NCBI GenBank assembly: GCA_038087875.1
Contig: JAXLNO010000226.1
Span: forward strand, 62,001-126,000
Origin: Malacoraja senta
Taxonomy: Eukaryota
DNA: 64,000 bases
Direction: 5' to 3'
Part shown: positions 25,406-38,231 of the stretch, piece by piece
Numbering within the stretch: the stretch's first letter is position 1
Layout: every line of letters starts with the position of its first letter
The notes under the pieces: generated by a model
Seen by the model: only the letters and a program-made list of their open reading frames with translations
Told to the model about the DNA's origin: nothing
Database searches by the model: none
Made by a program: the position numbers and the translations under genes

Positions 25406-26905
25406 GGTTGAGACCCTTCTTCATAGTCTGAAGAAGAATCCCGTCCCAAAACGTCTCGGTTTTCTCCTACACTCCAAGGACGTGCATGTTTGTAGGTTAG
25501 TAGGCTTGGTGTTAATGTAAAAGTGTCCCTCGTGTGTGTAGGATAGTGTTAGTTTGCGGGGATCGATGGTCGGTGTGGACTCGGTGGGCCGAAGGGCCTG
25601 TTTCCGCGCTGTATCTCTAAACTAAACTATACTAAGTGCAAATGTTTAAGAAGGAACTGCAGATGCTGGAAACATCGAAGGTAGATAAAAATGAAGAAGG
25701 GTCTGAAGAAGGGCCTCGTCCCGAAACGTTACCTCTTCCTTCGCTCCACAGATGCTGCCTCACCCGTTGAGTTTCTCCAGCATTTATGTCTACCTTCTAC
25801 ACTAAGTGCAAAACTCATTTTGCAAGACCGTCAGATCTAGCAGTATCTTGCGAAAAGAGAAATCCATCAAGCACATGTAGAAATGGTGGTAAAGTAAGCT
25901 TACGGCTTGCTTGAGTATAAATGTCAGGTAGTCGAGTTGCAGCAGTTGTCGAGTTAATCTGATGAGACCACGCTTGAAGCGCGCGTGGAGATCTGGTCAC
26001 CACATTGCAGGAATGATGTGAAGGCTTTGGAGACGGTACAGGAGAAATTCAGTAGGACCTTCCCTGGATGAGAGACTGCACGCTGTAAGGAGAGGATGGA
26101 TGGATAGACTTGGATTGTTTTCCCTACAGCACTGGGGGCTGAGGGAAAACCTGACAGAAGTATATAAAGACTGGAGAAGGGTCTGAAGGGTCTCGACCCG
26201 AAACGTCACCTATTCCATCGCTCCATAGATGCTGCCTCACCCGCTGAGTTTCTCCAGCATTTTTGTGTACCTTTGATTTTTCCAGAATCTGCAGTTCTTT
26301 CTTAAACATATGAACATGAATGTATGGTTTTTTTTGGAAGGAGATGAGTAGAAATTCCTTTAGTCAGAGGGTGGTGAATCTGTAGAATTCTTTGCCACAG
26401 ACAGCTGTGGAGGCCGTCAGTGGATATTTTTAAGGCCGAGATAGATAGATTCTTGATTAGTACGGGTGTCAGGGGTTACGGGGAGAAGGCAGGAGAATGG
26501 GGTTAGGAGGAAGAGATAGATCAGCCATGATTTACACCCAGCGGTATGAACATTTACTTCTCCAATTTCAGGTAGTCCCTGCTGTCTCCCTCCTTCCCCT
26601 CCCCTTCCCAGCTCTCCCACAGTCCACTGTCTCCGCCTCTTCCTTTCTTCTTCCCGCCACCGCCCCCCACATCAGTCTGAAGAAGGGTCTCGATGTGAAA
26701 CATCACCTATTCCTTCGCTCCACAGATGCAGCCTCACCCGCTGAGTTTCTCCAGCATTTTTGCCTACCTTCGATTTTTCCAGCATCTGCAGTTCTTTCTT
26801 AAACGATCAGCCATGATTGAATGGTGGAGTAGACGTGATGGGCCAGATGGCCTAATTCTACTTGTATCACTTATGACTTTAAATGATGACTACAGTTTTA
26901 CTTAC

Positions 26906-27354
26906 TTCCTTGCCAAAGTGTTGTTGTAATAGCTGAAGAGTGTGGGCCAATGTCGGAAAGAGAGCTTCCTCCACATCTCTTCGTCCTGGGCTCCCCACGT
27001 AATCTCCACCTTGAAGTCATTCTCGGGGACGCCGGCCTCTCTCCGGGCCCCTTCTTTGCCACCGGGGGCGATGTTTTCAGGAGACTGCAAGGGCAAAGGT
27101 TCCAGCGGGGTGGGATTCTTGGTCTGGGCCGCGTCGAGCGACTGGTTCTCCGGCCCCGCCGGGTTGACGTCGGGCGGGAATCCAGGCAGGCCGTCCTTGG
27201 TGTCCCCCCTCCGGAAAACCCCTGGAGGAACCGCCATGGAGGCCAGGCCGTTCTCCCCCAGCGGGCTCTGCTCGGTCACCTGCGCTGCTAAAAGGGTCCT
27301 CAGGCCGGCAGGGTCAGTGTATACCAGTATCCCAATCCATATCACCGTCCCCAC
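26906..27354 (-). CDS. SCAP: SCAP coding exon 13 equivalent (449 bp), TM7 and loop 7
   Basis: [34 protein letters not shown]...[22 protein letters not shown](K); acceptor tttgag, donor gtaag. Confidence 0.94.
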
Positions 27355-30059
27355 CTCAAAAAAGAACAATTGCATAAAAGGCATTAACAAATGGACATAG
27401 GCTTTGAAAAATAAATTTTCTCTCATACAGTGCATCCCAGTTATAGCATAGTTTTAGACTAGGTGACGAGTAGACTAGGTCGAGACCCTTCTTCAGACTG
27501 ATGTGGGGTTGGGGGGGGGGTGCCCCGCCCCCCCCCCACCCCACTCCCACATCAGCCTGAAGAAGGGTCGAGACCCGAAACGTCACCTATTCCTTCGCTC
27601 CATAGATGCTGCCTCACCCGCTGAATTTCTCCAGCATTTTTGTCAAGTCTGAAGGGTCTCGACCCGAAACGTCACCTATTTTTCTATGGATTTTTTATTT
27701 TTCTAATTTTTCTATGGATGTACGGAAACTTAATTATTTCTTCTATGTAAAGCACTTTGGTTTCAACACGAGTTGATTTAAACATGCTATATAAATAAAA
27801 TGTATTATTTTATTGCTTTGCTCCATAGATGCTGCCTCACCCGCTGAGTGTTTCCAGCATTCTTGCCACGTCTGAAGAAGGGTCTCGACCCGAAACGTCA
27901 CCTATTCCTTCGCTCCATAGATGCTGCCTCACCCGCTGAGTTTCTCCAGCATTTTTGTCTGCCTTCGATTTTTCCAGCATCTGCAGTTCTTTCTTAAGCA
28001 TGGTTATAGACTAGTTTAGTTTAGAGATACAGCGCGGAAACAGTCCCTTCAGCCCACTGTGTCCGCGCCGACCAGCGATCCCCGCACACTAACACTATCC
28101 TACACACATTTACCAAGCCAATGAACCTGCAAACCTGCACGTCTCTTGGAGTGTGGGAGGAAACCGAAGATCTCGGAGAAAACCCACGCAGGTCACGGGG
28201 AGAACGTATAAACTCCGTAGACGGCACCCGTAGTCAGGATCAAACCCGGGGCTCCGGCGCTGCATTCGCTGTACGGCAGCAACTCTACCGCTGCGCCACC
28301 GTGCCGATTAGTTTAGTTTATTAATGTCACATGTTCACAGGTACAGTGAAAAGCTTGTTTGTGTCCAGTCAGAAGAAGGGTCTCGACCTGAAACGTCACC
28401 TATTCCTTCTCTCCTGAGATGCTGCCTCACCCACTGAGTTACTCCAGCATTTTGTGTCTATCTTCGGTTTAAACCAGCATCTGCAGTTCCTTCCTACACA
28501 TTGCTTGTGTGCTATCTAGTCAAAGAAAAGACTATACATGCTTACAATCAAGTCGTTCACAGTATACAGATAAAGGATAAGGCATTTAGTGCAAGATAAC
28601 GTCAGATTAAACGTGTAGGTTGGAACTACAGATGCTGGTTCACACGCTCGGCCTGAAGAAGGGTCTCGACCCAAGTCATCGCCCATTCCTTCTCTCCAGA
28701 GATGCTGCCTGACCCGCTGAGTTACTCCAGCAATTTGTGTCTAAAGTCAGATTAAAGACAGTTCAAAGGGCTCCAATGAGGTAAATGATAGACACAAAAA
28801 GCTGGAGTAAGTCTGAAGAAGGGTCTTGACCTAAAACTTCACCCATTCCTTCTCTCCAAAGATGCTGCCTGTCCCGTTGAGTTACTCCAGCTTTTTGTGT
28901 CTGCAGTTCCTTCTTTCACAGGTAAAAATGACAGGTCAGGACTGCTCTCTGGTTGTGGTAGGATGGTTCAGTTGCCTGATAACAGCTGGGAAGAAACTGT
29001 CCCTGAATCTGGAAGGTGTGCGTTCTGTACCTTTTGCCTGATGGGAGAGGGGAGAAGAGGGAGTGGTCAGGGTGTGACTAGTCCTTGATTATGCTGCTGG
29101 CCTTGCCGAGGCAGCGTGAGGTGTAGATGGAGTCAATGGAAGGGAGGTTGGTTTGTGTGATGGTCTGGGCTGCGTCCACAATTCTCTGCAATTTCTTGCG
29201 GGTCTTGGATGGAGCTTTTCCCAAGCCAAGCTGCAATGCATCCTGATAAAATGCTTTTTGCAGCGCATCTGTAGAAGTTGGTGAAAGTTGTTGGGGACAT
29301 GCCGAACTTTCTCAGCCTTCTAAGGACGTAGAGGCGTTGGTGTGCTTTCTTGGCCACAGTTCCGATGTGGCTAGTACAGGACAAATTGCCAATTATATTT
29401 ACTCCAAATAATATTTAGACAGTAGACAATAGACAATATGTGCAGGAGTAGGCCATCCGGCCCTTCGAGCCAGCACCGCCATTCAATGTGATCATGGCTG
29501 ATTATCCACAACCAGTAACCCGTTCCTGCCTTCTCCCCATATCCCCTGACACTTGTTACTCTTATAGAAACATATAAAATTCTTAAGGGATTGGACAGGC
29601 TGGATGCAGGAAAAATGTTCCCCAATTTTGAGGGAGTCCAGAACCAGGAGTCACAGTTTAAGAATAAGGGATAGGCCATTCAGGACTGAGATGAGGAAAA
29701 ACCTTTTCACCCAGAGAGTTGTGAATCTGTGGAATTCTCTGCCACAGAAGGCAGTGGAGGCCAATTCACTGGATGTTTTCAAGAGAGAGTTGGGTGTAGC
29801 TCTTAGGTCTAACGGAATCAAGGGATATGGAGAGAAAACAGGAACGGGGTACTGATTGGGGATGATCAGCCATGATCACATTGAATGGCGGTGCTGGCTC
29901 GAAGGGCCGAATGGCCTACTCCTGCACCTATTGTCTGTATTACTCCAGCATGTTGTGTCTGTCTTCTTTTATTTCTAAGTACTTGAACTTGACCACCTCC
30001 ACTTTGGCTCCAGCAATGTATACGAGGTGCCTACACTGCAGCATCTCTGGAGAACAAGG

Positions 30060-30362
30060 CGGTCACGGTGGCGCAGCGGTAGAGTTGCTGCCTCACAGCG
30101 CCAGAGACCCAGGTTCGATCCCGACTACAGGTGCCGTCTGTACGGAGTTTGTACGTTCTCATCGCCACCTGCGTGGGTTTTCTCCGAGATCTTCGGTTTC
30201 CTCCCACACTGCAAAGACGTACAGGTTTGTAGGTTAATTGGCTTGGTAAATGTAAAAATTGTTCCTAGTGGGCGTAGGATAGTGTTAACGTGTGGGGATC
30301 GCCGGTCGGCACGGACACGGTGGGCCGAAGGGCCTGTTTCCACACTGTATCTCTAAATTAAA
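30060..30362 (+). mobile_element. tRNA-derived V-SINE, HE1-like (representative; further copies at about 1-770, 16775-17090, 19795-20100, 28015-28305, 32841-33140, 35512-35815, 40118-40430, 41954-42266)
   Basis: A box GGCGCAGCGG, B box GGTTCGATCC, central GCGTGGGTTTTCTCC..CCTCCCACA domain, LINE-derived tail ending CTGTATCTCTAAA. Confidence 0.85.
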
Positions 30363-30560
30363 CAATGATCGATGACACGTACGGTTCGAGGAACCTTCTT
30401 CAGACTGTATTTTCCTCGTGTCTCCTCAGGCGAAGGCTGAACCGCCGAGTTACTGAATGACACCTCGAAGGTTTGCTGTGCATCTGATATACTAACACGA
30501 AGACGCATCTTGGACTAAATCAATCTCTGTCATTAATCGCGCATTCTGCCAGGTTCCTAC

Positions 30561-30803
30561 CATGATAATTCTCTGTGCCAGTCGGGTCCTGGCCAAGAAG
30601 TACACCACCCTCAGTCTCTTCGGCAGCCGCAGGTTTCTGAAAGAAGAGGGCTGCAGGGAGATGGTGTAAGGGGCTGAAGTCTGCAGGGCAGCCTGTCGCT
30701 CATACCTCTTCTGCCTTGGAACTGACTTGGAACGGGGCAGCCTCATTTGATCGGAGATCTCCTGCACAGCCTCTGCCGGAAGGCGCTTGTTAAGATCAGC
30801 AAG
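30561..30803 (-). CDS. SCAP: SCAP coding exon 12 equivalent (243 bp), cytosolic loop 6
   Basis: [37 protein letters not shown]...[32 protein letters not shown]; acceptor cactag, donor gtagg. Confidence 0.96.
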
Positions 30804-31322
30804 CTAGTGGGAAATAGAGAAATCAGAAAAACTCCAACGCTTAGTACCATATTAGCATAATTGTTATTAACATTGCTTGAAACATATAAGATTGTTAAGG
30901 GCTTGGACACGCTAGAGGCAGGAAACATGTTCGCGATGTTGGGGGAGTCCAGAACCAGGGGCCACAGTTTAAGAATAAGGAGTAAGCCATTTAGAACGGA
31001 GACGAGGAAACACTTTTTCACACAGAGTTGTGAGTCTGTGGAATTCTCTGCCTCAGAGGGCGGTGGAGGCCGGTTCTCTGGATACTTTCAAGAGAGAGCT
31101 AGATAGGGTTCTTGAAAATAGCAGAGTCAGGGGGTATGGGGAGAAGGCAGGAACGGGGTACTGATTGGGGATGATCAGCCATGATCACATTGAATGGTGG
31201 TGCTGGCTCGAAGGGCCGAATGGCCTACTCCTGCACCTATTGTCTATTAAATTTAAACATAGAAACATGGAGTAGGCCAGTCGGCTCTTCGAGCCAGCAC
31301 CGCGATTCAATATGATCATGAC

Positions 31323-32701
31323 TAGAACCCGGATTTTGCCATAGTGCCATTTTATGCCTTTTTTGGTGATTTCACTATGATAATGCCTTTTTGTTAATTC
31401 CCGGTATGGCGGGACTGTCATATGATGAGAGAATGGAGCGGCTGCGCTTGTATACACTGGAGTTTAGAAGGATGAGAGGGGATCTTATTGAAACATATAA
31501 GATTATTAAGGGTTTGGACACGCTAGAGGCAGGAAACATGTTCCCGATGTTGGGGGAGTCCAGAACCAGGGGCCACAGTTTAAGAATAAAGGGTAAGCCA
31601 TTTAGAACGGAGATGAGGAAACACTTTTTCTCACAGAGAGTTGTGAGTCTGTGTAATTCTCTGCCTCAGAGGGCGGTGGAGGCCGGTTCTCTGGATACTT
31701 TCAAGAGAGAGCTAGATAGGGCTCTTAAAAATAAGGGAGTCAGGTGATATGGGGAGAAGGCAGGAACGGGGTACTGATTGGGGATGGTCAGCCATGATCA
31801 CATTGAATGGCGGTGCTGGCTCGAAAGGCCGAATGGCCTACTCCTGCACCTATTGTCTATTGTCTACTGCACGATCGAGTGCCTAAATCAGCCTGTTTTT
31901 GTGGTTTTACCCGGACAAGACGCCGAAAAGCCGAACGAACATGACGTCTCCGGGAATGGGATTGATCCGACACTTGGTCAATCATCGACAAAGGTCAGCG
32001 ACTGGTCCAGACCAGGGGGTCTCCAAACTATGGCCCGCGTGCCACATCCGGCCCACCATGATAGTTTATCCGGCCCGCAGCAAGCTCAGCGCAGGACGGA
32101 GCATGTGTCCGTTAGGCGTCGAGTCGATTCTAGTCGGGGAGCACGGCAGCCCGGAGCTGCTCTTAGTGTTGTTACCGGGTTGGTCCCTCGAATTGTCAGA
32201 GCATAGACATCACAGGGCCGCCTTGCAGAAGTGTGCAATGGGGGGGGGGGGGTTATTTGGTGGCGGTCAGAATGAGTCGCCGGCGGGTTGTAACGTGCGA
32301 TCGTTCCTCGCTGCCCTCTGTCTCTCTGCCCTATCTCCCCTCTCTCTCTATCTCTCTCTCTCTGCCTGCCCTTTCTCTCTCTCTGCCTCTCTCTCTGCCT
32401 GCCCTTTCTCTCTCTCTGCCTCTCTCTCTCTGCCTCTCTCTCTGCCTCTCTCTCTCTGCCTCTCTCTCTCTCTGCCTCTCTCTCTCTGCCTTTGGTCATC
32501 TAATGTATGAAAGACAGGAAAATGGTCATTTAATGTAGTATACTATATTATCATTTTTAACCATATTTTGGTGGTGGGAATATATGCCTTTTTAATCCTT
32601 TTATGTCAATAAATGCCTTTTTCGTGCCTTTGTTGTAATTTTATTATGCCTTTTTGCCTGCCTATTTCAGAGTTTTTTAGCGCCAACACATCCTGGCTCT
32701 A
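31323..32701. mobile_element. Non-autonomous hAT-type transposon with nested CR1 3' fragment (about 31392-31866)
   Basis: Imperfect TIR TAGAACCCGGAT / TAGAGCCAGGAT; 8-bp TSD ATCATGAC at 31315-31322 and 32702-32709; subterminal TGCCTTTT repeats. Confidence 0.82.
32315..32491. repeat. (CT)n / CTCTGC microsatellite
   Basis: Direct inspection. Confidence 0.95.
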
Positions 32702-33238
32702 ATCATGACTGATCATCCAGAATCAGTATCCCGTTCCTGCTTTTCCCCCCCATATCCCTTGATTCCTTTAGCCGTAAGAGATGCTGCCTGTCCCGCTGAG
32801 TTATTCCAGCTTTTTGTGTCTATCTTCGTGCCCTCTATCTTAGTTTAGTTTAGAGATACAGCGCAGAAACAGGCCCACCAAATCCGCGCTGACCAGCGAT
32901 CCCCCGCACACTAACACTACCCCACACACACACACATGAGGGACAATTTACAATTTTACCAAAGCCAATTAACCTACAAACCTGTACGTCTTTGGAGTGT
33001 GGGAGGCAAACCGGAGATCCCGGAGAAAACCCACGCAGGTCACGGGGAGAACGTACAAACTCCGTACAGACAGCACCCGTGGTCAGGATGGAACCCGGGT
33101 CTCCGTGAGGCAGCAACTCTACCCACTGCGCCACCGTGCCCACCCCCTAAATCTCTGTGGTAATTTCCTCTTATTTATTCAAGCTGACACTGCAGTTTGA
33201 GAGAGAATACATTTAAGTTTGAGCATATTAAACCTTAC

Positions 33239-33337
33239 CTCCATGCGTCGAATGTCAATGGACAACACTGTTGTGAAGAAACACATCTGAAGAAAGAAGT
33301 CAGATACGAGTCCAACCACAGCAAATAAGCAAAACTC
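33239..33337 (-). CDS. SCAP: SCAP coding exon 11 equivalent (99 bp), TM6 and first half of MELADL
   Basis: [33 protein letters not shown]; acceptor tgacag, donor gtaag. Confidence 0.97.
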
Positions 33338-35394
33338 CTGTCACAAAGTTCACAAAAATAAATACAAATTACAATCAAGAAATGCTTTCAGCTTTCACAC
33401 AATACAAGAATATTGAATTATTGAAGAAATATTATATTAGAAGAGAAATAGCTCAGTGAACAACAAAGTATCTGTGTAATTTTGTAATTAGAGAGAGAGA
33501 GAGAGAGGGGCAGAGACAGAGAGAGAGGGGGGGGGAGGGAGAGCGTGGGGGGGAGAGAGGCCGAGGGGAGATAGATTTTTAAACATTTTCAGTAATAACT
33601 CGAGAAATAAAGCATGAAAAGAGGGAGAGAAACTTCGAACAATAGGTGCAGGGGTTTACCATTCGGCCCTTTGAGCCAGCACCGCCATTCAATATGATCA
33701 TGGTTTATCATCCACAATCAGTACCCCGTTCCTGCTTTTTCCCCATATCCCTTGATTCCGTTAGCCCCAAGAGCTAAATCTAGCTCTCTCTTGAAAACAT
33801 CCAGTGAATTGCCCTCCACCGCCTTCTGTGGCAGAGAATCCCACAGATTCACAACTCTCTGGGAGAAAAAGTTTTTCCTCATCTCAATCCTAAATGGCCG
33901 ACCCCTTATTCTTAAACTGTGTGACCCCTGGTTCTGGACTGCCCCAACATCAGGAACAATTTTCCTGCATCTAGCCTGTCCAATCCTTTAAGAATTTTTT
34001 ATGTTTCTATAAGATTCCCGCTCATCCTTCTAAATTCCAGCGAATACAAGCCCAGTCGACCCATTCTTTCATCATCTGACAGTCCCGCCATCCCGGGAAT
34101 TAACCTGGTGAACCTACGCTGCACTCCCTCAATAGCAATAATGTCCTTCCTCAAATTAGGAGACCAAAACTGCATACAATACTCCAGGTGTGGTCTCAGT
34201 CAATAAGTCAATCAATCGGTTTTATTCGTCACTTGCACATTAAGTGCAGTGAAATGAATTTGCCAGCAGCGGTACAATGAAAAAAGAACACACAAAAACA
34301 CAATGAAAAATGTAACATAAACATCCACCACAGCATTCACCAGGGCCCTGTACAACTGCACTAGGATTTCCTTGCTCCTAAACTCAAATCCTCTCGCAAT
34401 GAAGGTCAACGTGCCATTCGCTTTCTTCACTGCCTGCTGTACCTGCATGCTTACTTTCAGTGACTGATGTACAAGCACACCCAGGTCGTTGCACCTCTCT
34501 TTTTCCTAATCTGACACCATTCAGATAATAATCTGCCTTCCTGTTCTTGCCACCAAAGTGGATAACCTCACATTCATTCACAACAGATGACCTGAGGAAG
34601 GGTGGAGCCCACAATGGCCCATTGTTGGCTGGGGAAGATGTGCTCACGAGAGGGATACAAGGATATGGACAATGGAACTGGAAGGTCAACTGTGGTGGGG
34701 GAGGGGGAGAGAGAAGGGGGAAGGAATGCAGGAGTTACTTGAAATTAGAGAAATCATGAGGCTGTAATCATGAGGATACCCTGCGTTGTAAGCTGCCCAA
34801 GCTAAATATGAGGGGATGTTCCTCCATTTTGTGTCGAGCTTCGGTATAAACCAGCATCTGCAATTCCTTCCTACACCAAGTGCTGGAGGAACACCGCATC
34901 TGTGGAGGGAATAGGCAGATGAAGTTTGGTTCGGGACTCTTCATCCGTCTGAAGAAGGGTCGCAACCCAAACCTCATCTGTCTGTCCATTCTCCCTGCAG
35001 ATGCTGCTTGACCTGCTGAGTTAGTCAAGGTATGAACATTGACTTTTCCAATTTCAGGTAGTCCTTGCTCTCTCCCTCCTTCCCCTCACCTTCCGAGCTC
35101 TCCCACAGCCCACTGTCTCCGCCTCTTCCTTTCTTCTTCCCGCACCCCCCCCACCCCCACATCAGTCTGAAGAAGGGTCTCGACCCGAAATGTCACCTAT
35201 TTCCTTCGCTCCATAGATGCTGCCTCACCCGCTGAGTTTCTCCAGCATTTTTGTCTACCTTGGATTTTTCCAGCATCTGCAGTTCTTTCTTAAACTTTGA
35301 AATGTAAAATCACTTTCCAAATCAAACATGAAACTATATTTATTTTGTATTGAAACACTTCTGGCTGCATGCAAAGACAAGTGACTAGGCATAC

Positions 35395-35489
35395 CTGAAT
35401 AGCTGGAACCAAGGTAAAGTAACCAATCAGTATAATAACCAGTTCAGTAGCCATGTTCTTCATTATGGACCAACTTTCATTGCTTAGAC
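35395..35489 (-). CDS. SCAP: SCAP coding exon 10 equivalent (95 bp)
   Basis: [31 protein letters not shown]; acceptor ttctag, donor gtatg. Confidence 0.97.
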
Positions 35490-37070
35490 CTAGAAAAGTA
35501 TATATTACAGGTTTAGTTTAGAGATACGGCGCAGAAACAGGCCCTTCGGCCCACCGAGTCCACGCCGACCAGCGATCCCCGCACACAAACACTATTCTAC
35601 ACACACTCGGGACAATTTATAATTTTTAGCAAGCCAATTAGCCTACAAACCTGCACGTCTTTTGAGAGTTGGAGGAGACCGGAGCACCCGGGGAAAACCC
35701 ACGCAGGTCACGGGGAGAACGTACAAACTCCGTACAGACAGCACCCATAGTCAGGATGGAACCCGGGTGTCTGGTGCTGTGAGGCAGCAACTCTACTGCT
35801 GCTCCACCGTGCCGCCCCTATTGGTTATGGGTCTACATCTCAGGGTTTTTCAAGAAATTCTGATTATTGTCTTGCAAAATTCTCTATATATATTGCAGGT
35901 TGCAAAATCAGAAAGAAAACAAGCAGAATACGGCCAACATGTTGAACGACAGTGGCTCTGGGAAACTATGTTTATTACTCTGCCTTCATCTATTTTCGTA
36001 CTTAATTCGTAAAAAAACAATCTAAATAGTCTGAAGAAGGGTTTCGACCCAAAACTATTTCCTTCGCTCCATCACCTGCTGCCTCACCCACTGAGTTTCT
36101 CCAGCATGTCTGTCTACCTTAAATAGCTCTCGTATTGGAAACAAAACGCTAAAGGGCCTGTCCCACTTAGGCGATTTTTTCGGCAACTACAGACGACTAG
36201 GCTGTCGCCACATGGTCGCCGGGGTGACGCCTGTATGGTCGTGAGTCGTCTCCTCAAGTCGCCTAAAGAGGAGTAGCGTTTTTCTTGTCGCCGCTGGATT
36301 TTGAAATGTTCAAAACCCTTCGGCGACAGTGGGCTTGTCTTCTCCTGTCGTAGATGCTGTCGTAGGTTGTCGCCGGGAGATGACTTCGGTGAATTCCATT
36401 GGAGACTACCTACGTCAACCAGCAACAGGTACCGCCGACTAAATTGTCTTCAGTTGACTTCAACTGTTGCCGACAGGGTCGTAGCTTGTCGCGGGAGGAC
36501 GAAGGGTGACTTAAATGTCTTCCTCATGTGTTGTAAATGTATATGATTCTATGGATTCAACCACTTAGAAATATACTGTCTCCGGGTTTGACATCATTGT
36601 ATTTACGCATGGTACAATAGATAAAGCAAAAAAGAATATCGTTCTTAGCATTGTAGCGCTTAGAAACATAGACAATAGGTGGAGGAGGAGGCCATTCGGC
36701 CCTTCGAGCCAGCACGGCCATTCAATATGATCATGGCTGATCATCCAAAATCAGTACCCCGTTCCTGCTTTCTCCCAATATCCCTTGATTCCGTTAGCCC
36801 TCGGAGCTAAATCTAACTCTCTCTTGAAAACATCCAGTGAATTGGCCTCCACTGCCTTCTGTGGCAGAGAATCCCACAGATTCACAACTCTCTGGGTGAA
36901 AATTTTTTTCCTCATCTCAGTCCTAAATGGCCTAGCCCTTATTCTTAAACTGTGTGACCCCTGGTTCTGGGCTCCCCCAACATGAGGAACATTTTTCCTG
37001 CATCTAGCCTGTCCAATCCCTCAAGAATTTGATATGTTTCTATAAGATCTTTCTTATTGACCTTTTTCAG

Positions 37071-37378
37071 ATTTCTGAAGAGTCTTCGATGGAGATTGAA
37101 GCAACTTCACCCAAGTGCCAACATCACATTGAGGGACGATCAGATCGTCCACGTCCATTTTAAAGAAGAAATTGGCATTGCTGAGTTGATTCCTCTGGTC
37201 ACTACCTACATCATTCTGTTCGCATACATGTACGTCTGAAGAAGGGTCTCGACCCGAAACGTCACCTAGTCCTTCGCTCCATAGATGCTGCCTCACCCGC
37301 TGAGTTTCTCCAGCATTTTTATCCACCTTCGATTTTTCCAGCATCTGCAGTTCCTTCTTAAACTTTACTTCTCTGCCA
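37071..37378 (+). pseudogene. Inverted pseudo-exon copy of SCAP exon 7, interrupted by a PLE-derived insertion at about 37234-37363
   Basis: Reverse-complement match to 50216-50388 with 6 substitutions by my count; keeps acceptor tttcag and donor gtaag. Confidence 0.95.
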
Positions 37379-37705
37379 GTAAGTTGGGATTTGGGATCTC
37401 CTCGGTAGAATGTTGAACAAGCACTTCGCTTGGAAATAAAAAGTAAAAACTTCCAGGAACACTTCGATCAGGTAGGTTCAGGTGGGCTGAGCAAAGGTGT
37501 TCCGCGAATCGATCGCCAAGTCTTCGCTCAGCACGCCTGAACCTACCTGATCTAGGTGTCCCTGGAAGTTTCTGGTTTTTATTTCCAATCGAAGCGCTTG
37601 TTAAACATTCTCCCTAGAACCTTCCTGCATCTAGCCTGTCCAATCCTTTAAGAAGTTTATATGTTTCTATAAGATCCCCACTCATCCTTCCATTGGATCA
37701 GTTCC

Positions 37706-38231
37706 ATAGAAACATAGAAAATAGGTGCAGGAGGAGGCCATTCGGCCCTTCGAGCCAGCACTGCCATTCATTGTGATCATGGCTGATCGTCCCCAATCCA
37801 TCACCCGTGCCTGCCTTCACCCCATAGCCCTTGACTCCACTAGCCCCTAGAGCTCTATCTAACTCTCTCTTAAATCCATCCAGTGACTTGGCCTCCACTA
37901 CCCTCTGTGGCAGGGAATTCCACAGATTCACAACTCTCTGGGTGAAAAAGTTTTTTCTCACCTCAGTCTTAAATGACCTCCCCTTTATTCTAAGACTGTG
38001 GCTCCTGGTTCTGGACTCGCCCAACATTGGGAACTTTTTCCCTGCATCTAGCTTGTCCAGCCCTTTTATAATTTTATATGTTTCTATCAGATTCCCCCTC
38101 ATCCTTCTAAACTCCAGTGAATACAAGCCTAGTCTTTTTAATCTTTCCTCATATGACAGTCCCGCCATCCCAGGGATCAATCTCGTGAACCTACGCTGCA
38201 CTGCCTCAATCACAAGGATGTCCTTCCTCAA
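37706..38231 (-). mobile_element. CR1-clade LINE 3' fragment
   Basis: ORF 37698-38249 VQRRFTRLIPGM..FFTQRVVNLWNSLP. Confidence 0.88.

Noticed and set aside
30060..30130. tRNA genes
   Set aside because: A and B boxes belong to SINE heads that continue into SINE body and tail; no complete cloverleaf evident
31899..32538. Overlapping Ser/Leu-rich and Arg/Glu-rich ORFs
   Set aside because: Products of the CT microsatellite
37057..37239. A second SCAP gene on the plus strand
   Set aside because: Only exon 7 is present in this orientation and it is interrupted by an insertion; treated as a pseudo-exon
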